DNA of 64,000 nt from a virus (IMGVR_UViG_3300036768_001066), one strand, 5' to 3'; positions 17,064-25,522 are shown, numbered from the stretch's first letter. The notes: generated by a model from the sequence alone, not told the origin. Translations and numbers: made by a program.

Positions 17064-17702
17064 TCAGGGACGGACAGCTACGATTTTGCAACCGTTCTGA
17101 CGTGCAATCTCCAAGATTGGGTCGATGTTGTTCGAACTGATTTGGTTTGTAACGGCCACAACAGAACCATCCTTCAATTTGATGAACTGGTCCGCCTGGC
17201 AGAAGTAACGCTGCTTACCGCTCGCGTTCATCTTGCGGGCCGTGCTTGCCTCGGTGAACACACCGTAGTTGCGCACCAACTCAGAAGGGAAAATTTCAAG
17301 CAACTTCTTGAAACTGCATCCCTGTTTCTCAGCGATGAATTTCACAACGGCCAAAACTAATTTGCCCTTGCGAAATTCCTGTCCGTTGAATTGGTACTTG
17401 GAGAAATCGCGTCCGAAGTTCTTACCTTCCGACTTGTCGGTCTTGGCAGTTTTCTCAACCTCGGCTGCTTTTGCGGCTTTTGCGGCTTTTGCCTTTTCAA
17501 CAGAGGGCATAACTACCGAGAACAACTTCACACTCTTAGCCCCCTTTTGGAAAGTGTCAATTTGTTTACCAAGCTCACCGATAACGGCAAACACTTCGGA
17601 ACGTTTGATACCAGTTGCTTTCTCAATGGCCTTTGCATCGCTCTTCGGGTTCTTAGTTAAGAATGCTGTGACTTTAGCTTTGTTGTCTGTTGTTGTTTTC
17701 AT
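17064..17702 (-). CDS. lysine/alanine-rich putative DNA-binding protein, paralog A (shares a C-terminal ~100-aa domain with 23357-24109)
   Basis: N-terminal region then histone-H1-like AKAAKAAKAAEVEKTAKTDK. C-terminal domain YQFNGQEFRKGKLVLAVVKFIAEK...RYFCQADQFIKLKDGSVVAVTNQISSNNIDPILEIARQNGCKIV aligns with FKFNGIEYGKGPLVHAILTAHVEA...RYFLKESQIIKLADCSIAVCNQFTSDNIQAFLGAARKLGYSI of the paralog. Confidence 0.55.
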   Translation of the reverse strand: MKTTTDNKAKVTAFLTKNPKSDAKAIEKATGIKRSEVFAVIGELGKQIDTFQKGAKSVKLFSVVMPSVEKAKAAKAAKAAEVEKTAKTDKSEGKNFGRDFSKYQFNGQEFRKGKLVLAVVKFIAEKQGCSFKKLLEIFPSELVRNYGVFTEASTARKMNASGKQRYFCQADQFIKLKDGSVVAVTNQISSNNIDPILEIARQNGCKIVAVRP

Positions 17703-17786
17703 GGTCTTGTATTGATTATGGAGTAAAGTTAAGAGGTTTTTCCTATTCCGTAAAAATATTTCGGAAAATACTTACTAACAATTTCC

Positions 17787-17887
17787 GTAACTTATTGATT
17801 ATCAGCAAGATAGAGTATAAATGGAAAAGTCCTGGAAAACTTAATTTCCAGGACTTTTCCATAATGTATTGATAATCAATAAGTTAC
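17787..17887. repeat. nested inverted repeats in a 380-bp non-coding gap
   Basis: Outer 18-bp perfect IR: GTAACTTATTGATTATCA (17787-17804) and TGATAATCAATAAGTTAC (17870-17887). Inner 16-bp perfect hairpin: GGAAAAGTCCTGGAAA (17823-17838) and TTTCCAGGACTTTTCC (17845-17860). TATAAATG box at 17816-17823. Confidence 0.5.
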
Positions 17888-17935
17888 AAGTCACTCACCC
17901 TGAAGCATCTGCCGTGTGGTCACCTTTTGTTATCT

Positions 17936-18056
17936 CCTACGGTGACGGCGTACGCCGAGGTAGGAATCCACAGGTGCAAGTTCAAGGTCGGCGACCGTGA
18001 AGCCCAAGCCAAGACATTCCACAACAACAGGAACCTCGGCGTAGAGCCGCCTACGG
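17936..18056. other. GC-rich structured non-coding element (candidate small RNA or cis-regulatory structure)
   Basis: Local base composition is much GC-richer than the flanks. 12-bp palindrome CGGCGTACGCCG (17946-17957). 11-bp long-range complement TACGCCGAGGT (17951-17961) pairs with ACCTCGGCGTA (18033-18043). Repeated CCTACGG boxes. No ORF with a plausible start. Confidence 0.35.
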
Positions 18057-18080
18057 AAGGACTTGTCCACACAGATTTGT

Positions 18081-18908
18081 TTAAAGATTTTTGAATGCAC
18101 GCCGCACGTCTCTCGTGAACTTGCCGAAGTCTGTGTCGTCGAGTATCTCTGGGAATCGCCACGCGAACCCGCGGTCCATCATGTCCTCCTGGAACTTGAT
18201 GTATGCACCAGGCTCTGGGGTACCGTCCTCCCTGAAGTCATATCCCATGAACCAGAGATTGTTTGCTATGGAAGACGTAGAGTGGTAATCGTGGGATACC
18301 ACCACTATGGTGTTTAAGTCATCAAGATTTGCGACCTCCGTGATGACCTCGCATACCTCTTCAGTCATATTCGGGTCAAGTCCTGAGAACGGCTCATCCA
18401 TCAACAAGAAATTTTCCGAACACAACAACTGCTGAATAATCGCGATACGTTGCTTCTGTCCACCGGATAGTTGCGCCGGATAGAACTTATGCTTGTCGGC
18501 CAATTTGAATCGCTCGAGGTAGAACTCAATCTTATCCTTCTGCTCCGCCTTACTTAAGCGAGTGTTCTTTGCGGCCGCAAGCTGCAAGTTTCCGAGAATC
18601 GAACGATGTTGAAACAACGGATACGCTTGTGCGACTACGCCAACCATGCCAGGATAAACCGGCTTGCCATTTACGAGCACCTCGCCGGTTGTGGGTTTAC
18701 GTAATCCGGAAAGTATGTTGAACAGCATCGTCTTCCCACGACCGGATGGTCCGAGAAATCCGACGATCTGTCCGGTAGTCTTGACAGGACGTACAACGTC
18801 CTTAATCTCGAGATTTATATCTCGCAGGATTAGCTTATCGTCGAGCTTAAGCGAAACATCTGTGACCTTAAGGATAGTCTTTTCGAGTATTTGATATTCT
18901 TGCTTCAT
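18081..18908 (-). CDS. ABC transporter ATP-binding protein
   Basis: Walker A GPSGRGKT. Q-loop. ABC signature LSGGQKQR. Walker B LLMDEPFSGLD. H-loop VSHD. Stop/start overlap with the permease gene. Confidence 0.85.
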   Translation of the reverse strand: MKQEYQILEKTILKVTDVSLKLDDKLILRDINLEIKDVVRPVKTTGQIVGFLGPSGRGKTMLFNILSGLRKPTTGEVLVNGKPVYPGMVGVVAQAYPLFQHRSILGNLQLAAAKNTRLSKAEQKDKIEFYLERFKLADKHKFYPAQLSGGQKQRIAIIQQLLCSENFLLMDEPFSGLDPNMTEEVCEVITEVANLDDLNTIVVVSHDYHSTSSIANNLWFMGYDFREDGTPEPGAYIKFQEDMMDRGFAWRFPEILDDTDFGKFTRDVRRAFKNL

Positions 18909-19702
18909 TTTCTTTCAAGTGTTATGTATGCGTAAGGACAAAGAGTCTTGCGCACGAAGCCAAGCATCCAGTCAAAGAACATACCGAGTATCAAAATCAT
19001 TATCTGGATAGCGTAAACCGCATCGAGGTGGAATACTTTGTTCTGGTCGTTGAGTATCACACCGATACCGCCTTCCGACCGGCATAGGTTCTCTACCATT
19101 GCAAGCATCATCCACGCAATCGCAAAGTTCTGTCGTATCACATCAAGGACCTGGTCCGCCTTTCCGAGTATGATGACTTCCCACACCGTCTCCCACTCAC
19201 TCTTCTTGAGTGTTCTCGCGTAGTCAAGCTCCGCCTTGGTAACACTCGATATGATTGCCGAGATGGACGTAACGTGAAATACAGTTATGCCGAACACGAG
19301 CAGCGCCACCTTCTGTGACGTGGTGTCCTTGCATATAAGGGCAAATAGGAAAGTTAAGCCTATAGTTGTCATGAATCTCGCCTTACCAACGAACGCCGTG
19401 AACGGCCGGAAGAAAGGCATGACTGCCAGGTATGCTATCACCAATGATATGATGGTGGCCCAGAACATTCCCTTAGCGCATAGCCAGATACTCGACAGGA
19501 GCTCTGCGAGAAATCCGTTAGCGAATAAACCCTTGGTAGCTTCCCATATATTTGGTAAACTCGGGAGGAGTTGTGTGTGACTGAACGTCCAGTATATTAG
19601 GACGGTCGCCACCCATATTGTCAACACCAGGAGCTGCTTGTTTTGTTTGAGCTGCTTGTTTGGCGTGAATATGTCTTTGATGAATGCTGTAACTTTATTC
19701 AT
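18905..19702 (-). CDS. ABC transporter permease (binding-protein-dependent inner-membrane component)
   Basis: Six hydrophobic segments. EAA-like loop ELDYARTLKKSEWETVWEVIILGKA. The start is set at ATG 19702 (MNKVTAFIKD...) because the longer frame would run through the upstream terminator. Confidence 0.75.
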   Translation of the reverse strand: MNKVTAFIKDIFTPNKQLKQNKQLLVLTIWVATVLIYWTFSHTQLLPSLPNIWEATKGLFANGFLAELLSSIWLCAKGMFWATIISLVIAYLAVMPFFRPFTAFVGKARFMTTIGLTFLFALICKDTTSQKVALLVFGITVFHVTSISAIISSVTKAELDYARTLKKSEWETVWEVIILGKADQVLDVIRQNFAIAWMMLAMVENLCRSEGGIGVILNDQNKVFHLDAVYAIQIMILILGMFFDWMLGFVRKTLCPYAYITLERK

Positions 19703-19713
19703 GACGAATGGAT

Positions 19714-19741
19714 AAAAAAGAGCCGGTAAAATACCGGCTCT
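19714..19741 (-). terminator. rho-independent terminator (minus strand)
   Basis: Hairpin AGCCGGT-aaaat-ACCGGCT. On the minus-strand RNA it is followed by UUUUUU (top A6 at 19714-19719). It sits right after the stop of the OmpA-like gene and before the permease start. Confidence 0.55.
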
Positions 19742-19746
19742 CAATG

Positions 19747-20145
19747 TTAACGGCCAAGTTTGATTTCAACACGGCGGTTCTTCTTACGACCCGCATCAGT
19801 GTTGTTGTCCCCGATAGGAGTGGTCTCGCCAAAGCCCTGAGCAGACACCTTGTTACGGAATATCTTCTGGTCTTTGTTGATTAACCACTGACGAACCGCT
19901 TCAGCACGTTGCTGTGATAACTGCATGTTCATTCCATCGTCACCCTGATTATCCGTGTGACCCTCGATGGACACGAGGAGGTTCTCTGCGATAATCAAGT
20001 CGTTTGCCAACTGATTAAGAGTAGGGATAGATGCAGGTAAGATGGTGGCGGAGCCGGTCTGGAACTCGATAACGTACGACTTGTTAGACACAAGCTGCGA
20101 CATCTTCTGGTTCTCCGAGAACGTAGGCATAGAAGCCACTGTCAT
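19747..20145 (-). CDS. OmpA/MotB-family peptidoglycan-associated domain protein
   Basis: C-terminal OmpA-like signature: IEGHTDNQGDDGMNMQLSQQRAEAVRQWL...GFGETTPIGDNNTDAGRKKNRRVEIKL. Start ambiguous; the longer frame overlaps the upstream gene. Confidence 0.55.
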   Translation of the reverse strand: MTVASMPTFSENQKMSQLVSNKSYVIEFQTGSATILPASIPTLNQLANDLIIAENLLVSIEGHTDNQGDDGMNMQLSQQRAEAVRQWLINKDQKIFRNKVSAQGFGETTPIGDNNTDAGRKKNRRVEIKLGR

Positions 20146-21491
20146 GTTGGCGTTGTTTTTATTGTTTGTATACACTGACTGCACGTACTCAAGTCCACCA
20201 CCTCCTCGTAAGGGAAGTACGTAGGCATTACATCCGGGTATGCTTTAACACATAGGTCACCAAAAGTAACATACACGGCTTTGTACTTATCGGTGCTTCC
20301 GTTTAAGCCGTAATACTCCGCAAGGTCCGCAAGGTTGAACACGCGGGATCCACCGATTTCGTTTATGTTGCCCTGCGCATCTGTAAATTGCTTACCTACG
20401 AAGTACTGCTGCCAGTCATCAGCCGTCAAGCCAGCGTCTTGGTATATCGCATCCTGCACACGGCAAGCAAATGCCAATGCCGAAGTGTGGGACTTAACCT
20501 GGTCGCCACCTAAACAACCAGCAAGGATGAATTTCTCAACGCTCGCTTTGTTGTCCTGTAACCACTTCTTACAAGCCAACCACGTGTTAGGCATCTGCGC
20601 ACCATTATCCTTAGTCGAGAATACTGTTACACCACCACGACCCTCGAAACAGATTTTGTCTCCCGGAGTCCACGTAACGCAACCGTCCACTGTGACAGTT
20701 GTATCTCGGCCTGTCCTTTTACCATTGATAACGATAGGACGCTTCTCAGTGGTCTTAGACACGTAGATTTGGGCTGCTTTAATGTAGTCATCGATACCCA
20801 TCCAGTTGATGGCCGTAGGGTCGTACGTGGTAGGGTCGTTGTTGACGTCAATACCGTTAAGGTCGGCATACTTCATTAGAATATTCCAGTCGCCGTCACG
20901 CAACACACCAACCCAAAGGGAACCGCGCAATTTCTGCGGGTCTTGACGGAAGGAACCATCCTTATAGATGGCCTTGCCCTCACCGAATGAAGCACCGAAC
21001 GCTGTGAACGCCTGAATAATGTAATCGTCACCGAGTTGTTTTTTGATTTGGTCGTTAAGACCTGCGAGATAAGACGGAACCCCGTCTCCCATCCAAGCAA
21101 TCATGTGATAGCCCTTTGACGAGTTCTTGTTTCCGGAAGCGTAGTCCTGCGCGAAGGCGAACAATTGGTTGCCCTGCTCGGTACAGTTGTTCTGGCAGAT
21201 AAGACGCAATTTAACGCCTTGTTCCTCCATGATAGATCCCTTCATTGTTGAAGGACCACCGTTTGCGTAAGCCACACCGGCCTGCGCGTTCCAACCCATG
21301 ATACCCGCTCTCCATTCTGGAACTGCAAGGGTTGTCATTTGTGTAGTGTCGGGGAGCGCACGCTTTGGCGCGTTCGCGTTCTTGTCATACTGCAGTGGCG
21401 GAAGATCCGCTACCGTAATTTGTCCCGACTGTTTTGTTGGTTTTTGGAACCAGCCGAAGAATTTTGTATCCGACTCCAAGGGTTCCACCAA
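20142..21491 (-). CDS. putative periplasmic substrate-binding protein of the adjacent ABC transporter (assignment tentative)
   Basis: 449-aa ORF upstream of and co-oriented with the permease and ATPase. Mixed alpha/beta composition. No transmembrane segments. The listed start is a TTG. No clear signal peptide was found from either the TTG or internal ATGs, so its role is inferred from position only. Confidence 0.35.
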   Translation of the reverse strand: MVEPLESDTKFFGWFQKPTKQSGQITVADLPPLQYDKNANAPKRALPDTTQMTTLAVPEWRAGIMGWNAQAGVAYANGGPSTMKGSIMEEQGVKLRLICQNNCTEQGNQLFAFAQDYASGNKNSSKGYHMIAWMGDGVPSYLAGLNDQIKKQLGDDYIIQAFTAFGASFGEGKAIYKDGSFRQDPQKLRGSLWVGVLRDGDWNILMKYADLNGIDVNNDPTTYDPTAINWMGIDDYIKAAQIYVSKTTEKRPIVINGKRTGRDTTVTVDGCVTWTPGDKICFEGRGGVTVFSTKDNGAQMPNTWLACKKWLQDNKASVEKFILAGCLGGDQVKSHTSALAFACRVQDAIYQDAGLTADDWQQYFVGKQFTDAQGNINEIGGSRVFNLADLAEYYGLNGSTDKYKAVYVTFGDLCVKAYPDVMPTYFPYEEVVDLSTCSQCIQTIKTTPT

Positions 21492-21593
21492 CGATGATTA
21501 ACGCCAGGAAGAATATTCCCCCATTGTCAATCCTTTGAAAAAGTTACCGATTTTGCTCATAGCACTTTGTTTTTATATTTTTATTTTGTTCCA

Positions 21594-21609
21594 CAAAGTT
21601 ACAAAGTTA
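21594..21609 (-). promoter_or_regulatory. tandem TAACTTTG boxes (match to the Bacteroidota sigma-A -7 element TAnnTTTG)
   Basis: The minus strand reads GTAACTTTGTAACTTTGTGG. A TTCG box lies ~20 nt upstream (minus sense). It sits ~30-100 nt upstream of the start candidates for gene 20142-21491. Confidence 0.35.
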
Positions 21610-21635
21610 CGTAGTTTTTCTGATTTACGAAAATG

Positions 21636-22613
21636 TTATTTAAGTAAGTTGGAAAACTCCGTGTTCTTAGTTCCGCTTGCGAAAACTTCGACACTCGAGA
21701 ATTGCCTGAGGTCATCATCGTTCTCCGGGAGGAATAAGGAAGATCCGTTCGCGATGTATTGGTCGAGTAACTCGGTGCCCTCATTTTCCGTCATCTTGCG
21801 TTCAAGATCAAGTGAAGCCATGATGTTCTTCGAGTTCTTCTCGAATTCGTCAATAGCGGCAATCTTCTGAGACAACGATTCTTCGAACGCGTTAACCGAC
21901 ATGCGGTAGATTTTGGCCTCCTCTGTGTTGCCGTTGGCGAACTCCTCGGCTTGTCCAACAGCCTTGGCCATCTCAGACATGGTCTCGTACTGTGTGCGCA
22001 TGCGGTTCACCTCGTGCTTCAGCTTGTCGATACCGAGGGCCCAGTTGGTCTCAAGACGATCGAGGAAGCTGATATTGGCGTTCATCTTAGCGAGCATCGG
22101 TTTGTACACATCAAGTGTCTGCTTGTCGCTCGATGCGAGACTTGAATGGTGATTTGATAGAGTTTTGTCTCCGAGGTCCTTCGCGGCCTTCGCCTTCCTG
22201 AGATTCTCGTCGATGTTCTTAACCAGTCCGTTCATCTGATTTTCCAGCTTAACCTTCTTACCAACAAGATATGTTTTGCTCTTGCGAAGGTTAGCCAGCT
22301 TCTCGATGAGAGTGTCCACATAGCTGTCCATGTACGACAAGAAATCGAGCTTCACGAAAAAAGCTGTGATCTTGCGGCACAGGTTTGTGTATGACATCCA
22401 GATGAACTTTGGGTTCTTCATGACGTACAGCACAAGCATGGCCAACGGCACGCCTATTCCCAGGATCACCCAGATGTTTGTGAGGAAATCGATTATTGAC
22501 GGTGCGATGTAGTTGAAGAGCTTAATACCTCCCCAGATCAATCCTACCGGGATTGCAAGGCGAAGTACTTTCTCCAGCCAATGCGCTTTTTGCAGTTTAT
22601 CTAACGTTTGCAT
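21636..22613 (-). CDS. membrane-anchored coiled-coil protein (325 aa)
   Basis: Two N-terminal hydrophobic helices (LAIPVGLIWGGIKLF..., IWVILGIGVPLAMLVLYVM) followed by a long charged helical region. Confidence 0.5.
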   Translation of the reverse strand: MQTLDKLQKAHWLEKVLRLAIPVGLIWGGIKLFNYIAPSIIDFLTNIWVILGIGVPLAMLVLYVMKNPKFIWMSYTNLCRKITAFFVKLDFLSYMDSYVDTLIEKLANLRKSKTYLVGKKVKLENQMNGLVKNIDENLRKAKAAKDLGDKTLSNHHSSLASSDKQTLDVYKPMLAKMNANISFLDRLETNWALGIDKLKHEVNRMRTQYETMSEMAKAVGQAEEFANGNTEEAKIYRMSVNAFEESLSQKIAAIDEFEKNSKNIMASLDLERKMTENEGTELLDQYIANGSSLFLPENDDDLRQFSSVEVFASGTKNTEFSNLLK

Positions 22614-22634
22614 TTTTATTTATTTTAGGTTTAC

Positions 22635-23176
22635 TTACTGAATGTACTGCTCGATCTTTGTGGAGTTATCGGAAATCTCCTTCACCATGCGCTCGTACGT
22701 TGCGTTGAAGTCTGCGTGCTTCAACTTGAGACGGTTGGTCTCCTCACCAATCTCAGTTGTCAGCTTGGCGATGGTCTCGCCGTTCTTCATCTTCTTCTCG
22801 ACGAGCTTCTGCATCTCCTCGTCCAGCTTCTGGTTCTCCTCAGTCAGTCTCGCAACCTCGGTCTCGCGCTTGCCGACGGTCTCGTCGAAGCTCTGCTCGA
22901 GCGCGTCCTCAAACTTCTTCTTCTTATCAGCAAACAACCAATGTACGTCTGGGCGCTCTCGGTCAAGCGCTCTTTGGTGCATCCCTGCGCGGCGAACCCG
23001 GCAAAGATACTCACAAGCTTCATCTGCTCTGGAATGGATTTGAGCGCCGGATTTTCGAGTGCGTTGACGAACTCGAAATAATCGGGGCCCGGCAAGTTCG
23101 CCTCTTTGAATACCTCCTTGAAGTATTCTACGAATTCCGGCGGCTCTGTACCACCGCTCAGATTGCTCGGTGTCAC
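22635..23176 (-). pseudogene. coiled-coil protein gene with probable -1 frameshift near an AAG-repeat (two overlapping ORFs 22844-23176 and 22635-22982)
   Basis: The upstream ORF ends in an Arg/Ser-rich out-of-frame-looking tail (RRRSLRTRSSRASTRPSASARPRLRD). In the other frame those same nucleotides encode the protein-like ADKKKKFEDALEQSFDETVGKRETEVARL. The overlap is 139 nt around CTTCTTCTTCTT (22914-22925). Confidence 0.35.
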
Positions 23177-23195
23177 GATAGGAGTTGTGCTTACA

Positions 23196-23324
23196 TTAGT
23201 ACTTTCGAACGAGGGAATACTCTTGGATACTACCTTGCTTGAAAGAGTTCCATGCTCTGCTGAGGGTGTTCGTACCCTTCGATTCGGGCACGAACACCAC
23301 CAGTATTATGAGGAGCATCCACAT
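23196..23324 (-). CDS. small membrane peptide (start taken at MWMLLIILVVFV)
   Basis: The hydrophobic segment sits only in the C-terminal third of ORF 23196-23435. The upstream part is Arg/Gly/His-rich and probably untranslated. Confidence 0.3.
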   Translation of the reverse strand: MWMLLIILVVFVPESKGTNTLSRAWNSFKQGSIQEYSLVRKY

Positions 23325-23356
23325 TTTTGTAAAGTTAGATAAAAAACGGGCTCCTA

Positions 23357-24109
23357 TTACTGCTCTATGGAATAACCAAGCTTCCTGGCCGCGCCGAGGA
23401 ACGCCTGAATGTTGTCGCTCGTGAACTGGTTGCACACCGCGATGCTGCAGTCAGCCAACTTTATTATTTGCGACTCCTTCAAGAAATAACGCTTGCGATC
23501 CTTCGAAATCTCCTGTGCCTCTTCGAGCTTCTTGAATATCCCATAGCTGCGCAGCAATGCGTCTGGGAACGCGAGCTTCATCTGGTCGTGCTTGATGCCC
23601 TTGTTCGCCTCCACGTGGGCCGTGAGAATAGCATGGACAAGCGGGCCCTTGCCGTACTCGATGCCGTTGAATTTGAAGTTCGAGCGGTCGCGGGCGCCCT
23701 TCGGTCTCACGACCTTCGGTGTGAGGATCTTCACCTTCGCTATCCTGTCGCGGTTCACGCTTTTAGGTTTAGCGTCCGTAGGTCCTCTCTTAGAGCGCGG
23801 ACGGTCCTCGTCATCTCCGAAATCCCCCTCGTCTCCGTTGTTGTCGAGACCCGCGAGGATTCTCTCCATCTCTCTTTGAATGAGCTTCTCTTTGTTAACG
23901 CTTGACTTGTTGGGATATTTCTTGAAATACTCGGCAGCAATCGGCTTATATTCGTCAAGTAACTGGAGGTACTCCTCCTTATTGATGGACATTAGCTCAT
24001 GGAACATTCTCCCGATGCCTGAATTTTTTGGTGTGAGGTTTCCCTCTTTGATTTGAGCGATAGTGCCTGCTATCCGCTCCTTTAAGTTTGCTTCCGATGT
24101 TTCTGTCAT
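23357..24109 (-). CDS. putative DNA-binding protein, paralog B of 17064-17702
   Basis: Shares the C-terminal ~100-aa domain with paralog A. N-terminal helical region plus an acidic/basic linker (GDEGDFGDDEDRPRSKRGPTDAKPK). Confidence 0.55.
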   Translation of the reverse strand: MTETSEANLKERIAGTIAQIKEGNLTPKNSGIGRMFHELMSINKEEYLQLLDEYKPIAAEYFKKYPNKSSVNKEKLIQREMERILAGLDNNGDEGDFGDDEDRPRSKRGPTDAKPKSVNRDRIAKVKILTPKVVRPKGARDRSNFKFNGIEYGKGPLVHAILTAHVEANKGIKHDQMKLAFPDALLRSYGIFKKLEEAQEISKDRKRYFLKESQIIKLADCSIAVCNQFTSDNIQAFLGAARKLGYSIEQ

Positions 24110-24526
24110 GGTTAAATTATGTACTGCTAAATTAGAAACCGCAGATAAAATAAGTGACGGAAAACAGAATAATTACCAACGTGCATTTGTTTGAAACACT
24201 CCGTTATAATGGTGACAAGCGTTTCGGACCAAAATAAAAATTCCGACATAAATGAAAAAGCCCCGAACTGGTATCAATCGGATGTAATTTTTGGGGAGCG
24301 GCCAGGCGACTTTTTCTTTCAAGCTTTCCTTCCAGTTCTCAAATATATGAGGTTCTGCCCATTTGGGCACCAGAATGCAATTCTCCAACAACTTATTGCC
24401 GCCAGGTATCACCACGGCCTTGGTCTTCTATCGGGCGGACCTCACGGTTGTCAAAGTGTCAAGATCCGAATATCGTCTTGCGCATGACAGTGACGCTGCC
24501 GCCGCTCATTTGTGTAGTATTCCATT

Positions 24527-25522
24527 TTACATCGAGTATTTTGAGACGCACAGTCTTTGTCTGACGTGGTCCGCTATATGTTTAACTTTGAATCCGCAAT
24601 CCTTGTACACGACGAACCCCGCGATGGGCACATCCGTCTCAACGCACTTGCATATCTCGGCCATGACCTCGCGCGCCCTCGGGTGCGAGTCCGTCACCGT
24701 AATAGTCTTCACCTTGCCGGAATCGGCCATCTTCGCTACCGAGTTTCCCGGGAGCACTCCATGCGTCGCGACAACATGCACCTCCTTGGCACCTGCCTCG
24801 AGGTACTTCTCGGCCGCACCAATGACGGAACCGCCGGTGCGAATCATGTCGTCGTATATGATGACGATTCGATCCTTCACGTCAGCGTTAACGCTGGTCA
24901 CCTCGGTCTCGCTGCCGCTGATGCGGCGCTTGGTAATAATCGCGCAATTAACTTTCATGTCCTTGGCGAGAGACTCGATCCACTTGGCGCGTCCGGCATC
25001 CGTAGAGCCCAGAACGAAATCGTCTCCGGCAATCTCACGGCAAGCCTCAATAACGAGGTCCTTCGCGTACATGTGAATAGGCTGAACGTTGCCCTCGAGG
25101 TAGTGCGGGAGTCCTTCAGTATGCAGGTCGAGAAACACTATGCGATTTGGTCTTGCTCCGCTCGGAATGGTCGACAACAGCCTCGCTCTCGTCTTGGCCT
25201 TCACGATCTCCCCGGGCTTCAGCGCGCGCTCCATAGTGGAGTACCCGAAGTACGGGATGAACAGCGTGAGCGACTTCGCACCGTGCTTGACGGCAGAGCA
25301 TCCGAGGTCGTACAATTCGAGGGTCTCCTCAGCAGTATATGTGCCTCCGATTATGATGACATCCTTGTCCTCAATATCGGACAGGTTAAACTTGTGGTAG
25401 ATCTCGCCGTCGGCGAAAACTTTTCGTTCCAATCCGCCAGACATAATCGGCGCCTCAACTCTGCGGCCTACTATTTCGCCGAGGAGGTATGCGTAATTGG
25501 TTGTTGAGAAAGCTACGTACAT
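24527..25522 (-). CDS. prs: ribose-phosphate pyrophosphokinase (PRPP synthetase) homolog
   Basis: N-terminal LxxxIxxxLG...FxDGE block (YLLGEIVGRRVEAP...KVFADGEIY). Divalent-cation/ribose-5-P region VFLDLH. PRPP-binding loop IIYDDMIRTGGS. Overall ~320 aa with two Prs-type domains. Confidence 0.85.
   Translation of the reverse strand: MYVAFSTTNYAYLLGEIVGRRVEAPIMSGGLERKVFADGEIYHKFNLSDIEDKDVIIIGGTYTAEETLELYDLGCSAVKHGAKSLTLFIPYFGYSTMERALKPGEIVKAKTRARLLSTIPSGARPNRIVFLDLHTEGLPHYLEGNVQPIHMYAKDLVIEACREIAGDDFVLGSTDAGRAKWIESLAKDMKVNCAIITKRRISGSETEVTSVNADVKDRIVIIYDDMIRTGGSVIGAAEKYLEAGAKEVHVVATHGVLPGNSVAKMADSGKVKTITVTDSHPRAREVMAEICKCVETDVPIAGFVVYKDCGFKVKHIADHVRQRLCVSKYSM

Noticed and set aside
16025-17140. 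Long ORFs 16025-16744 (minus, His/Arg/Glu/Pro-rich) and 16064-17140 (plus, APSPM-repeat protein)
   Set aside because: They are alternative-frame readings of the 18-bp periodic repeat array. Their composition is a mechanical product of the repeat. They lack sensible starts and overlap the well-formed hexapeptide-repeat gene.
24110-24526. Possible gene or ncRNA in the 417-bp gap before prs (ORFs 24173-24415 minus, 24191-24487 plus)
   Set aside because: Neither ORF has convincing composition or a good start. No clear hairpin/terminator or tRNA-like motif found. Left unannotated.
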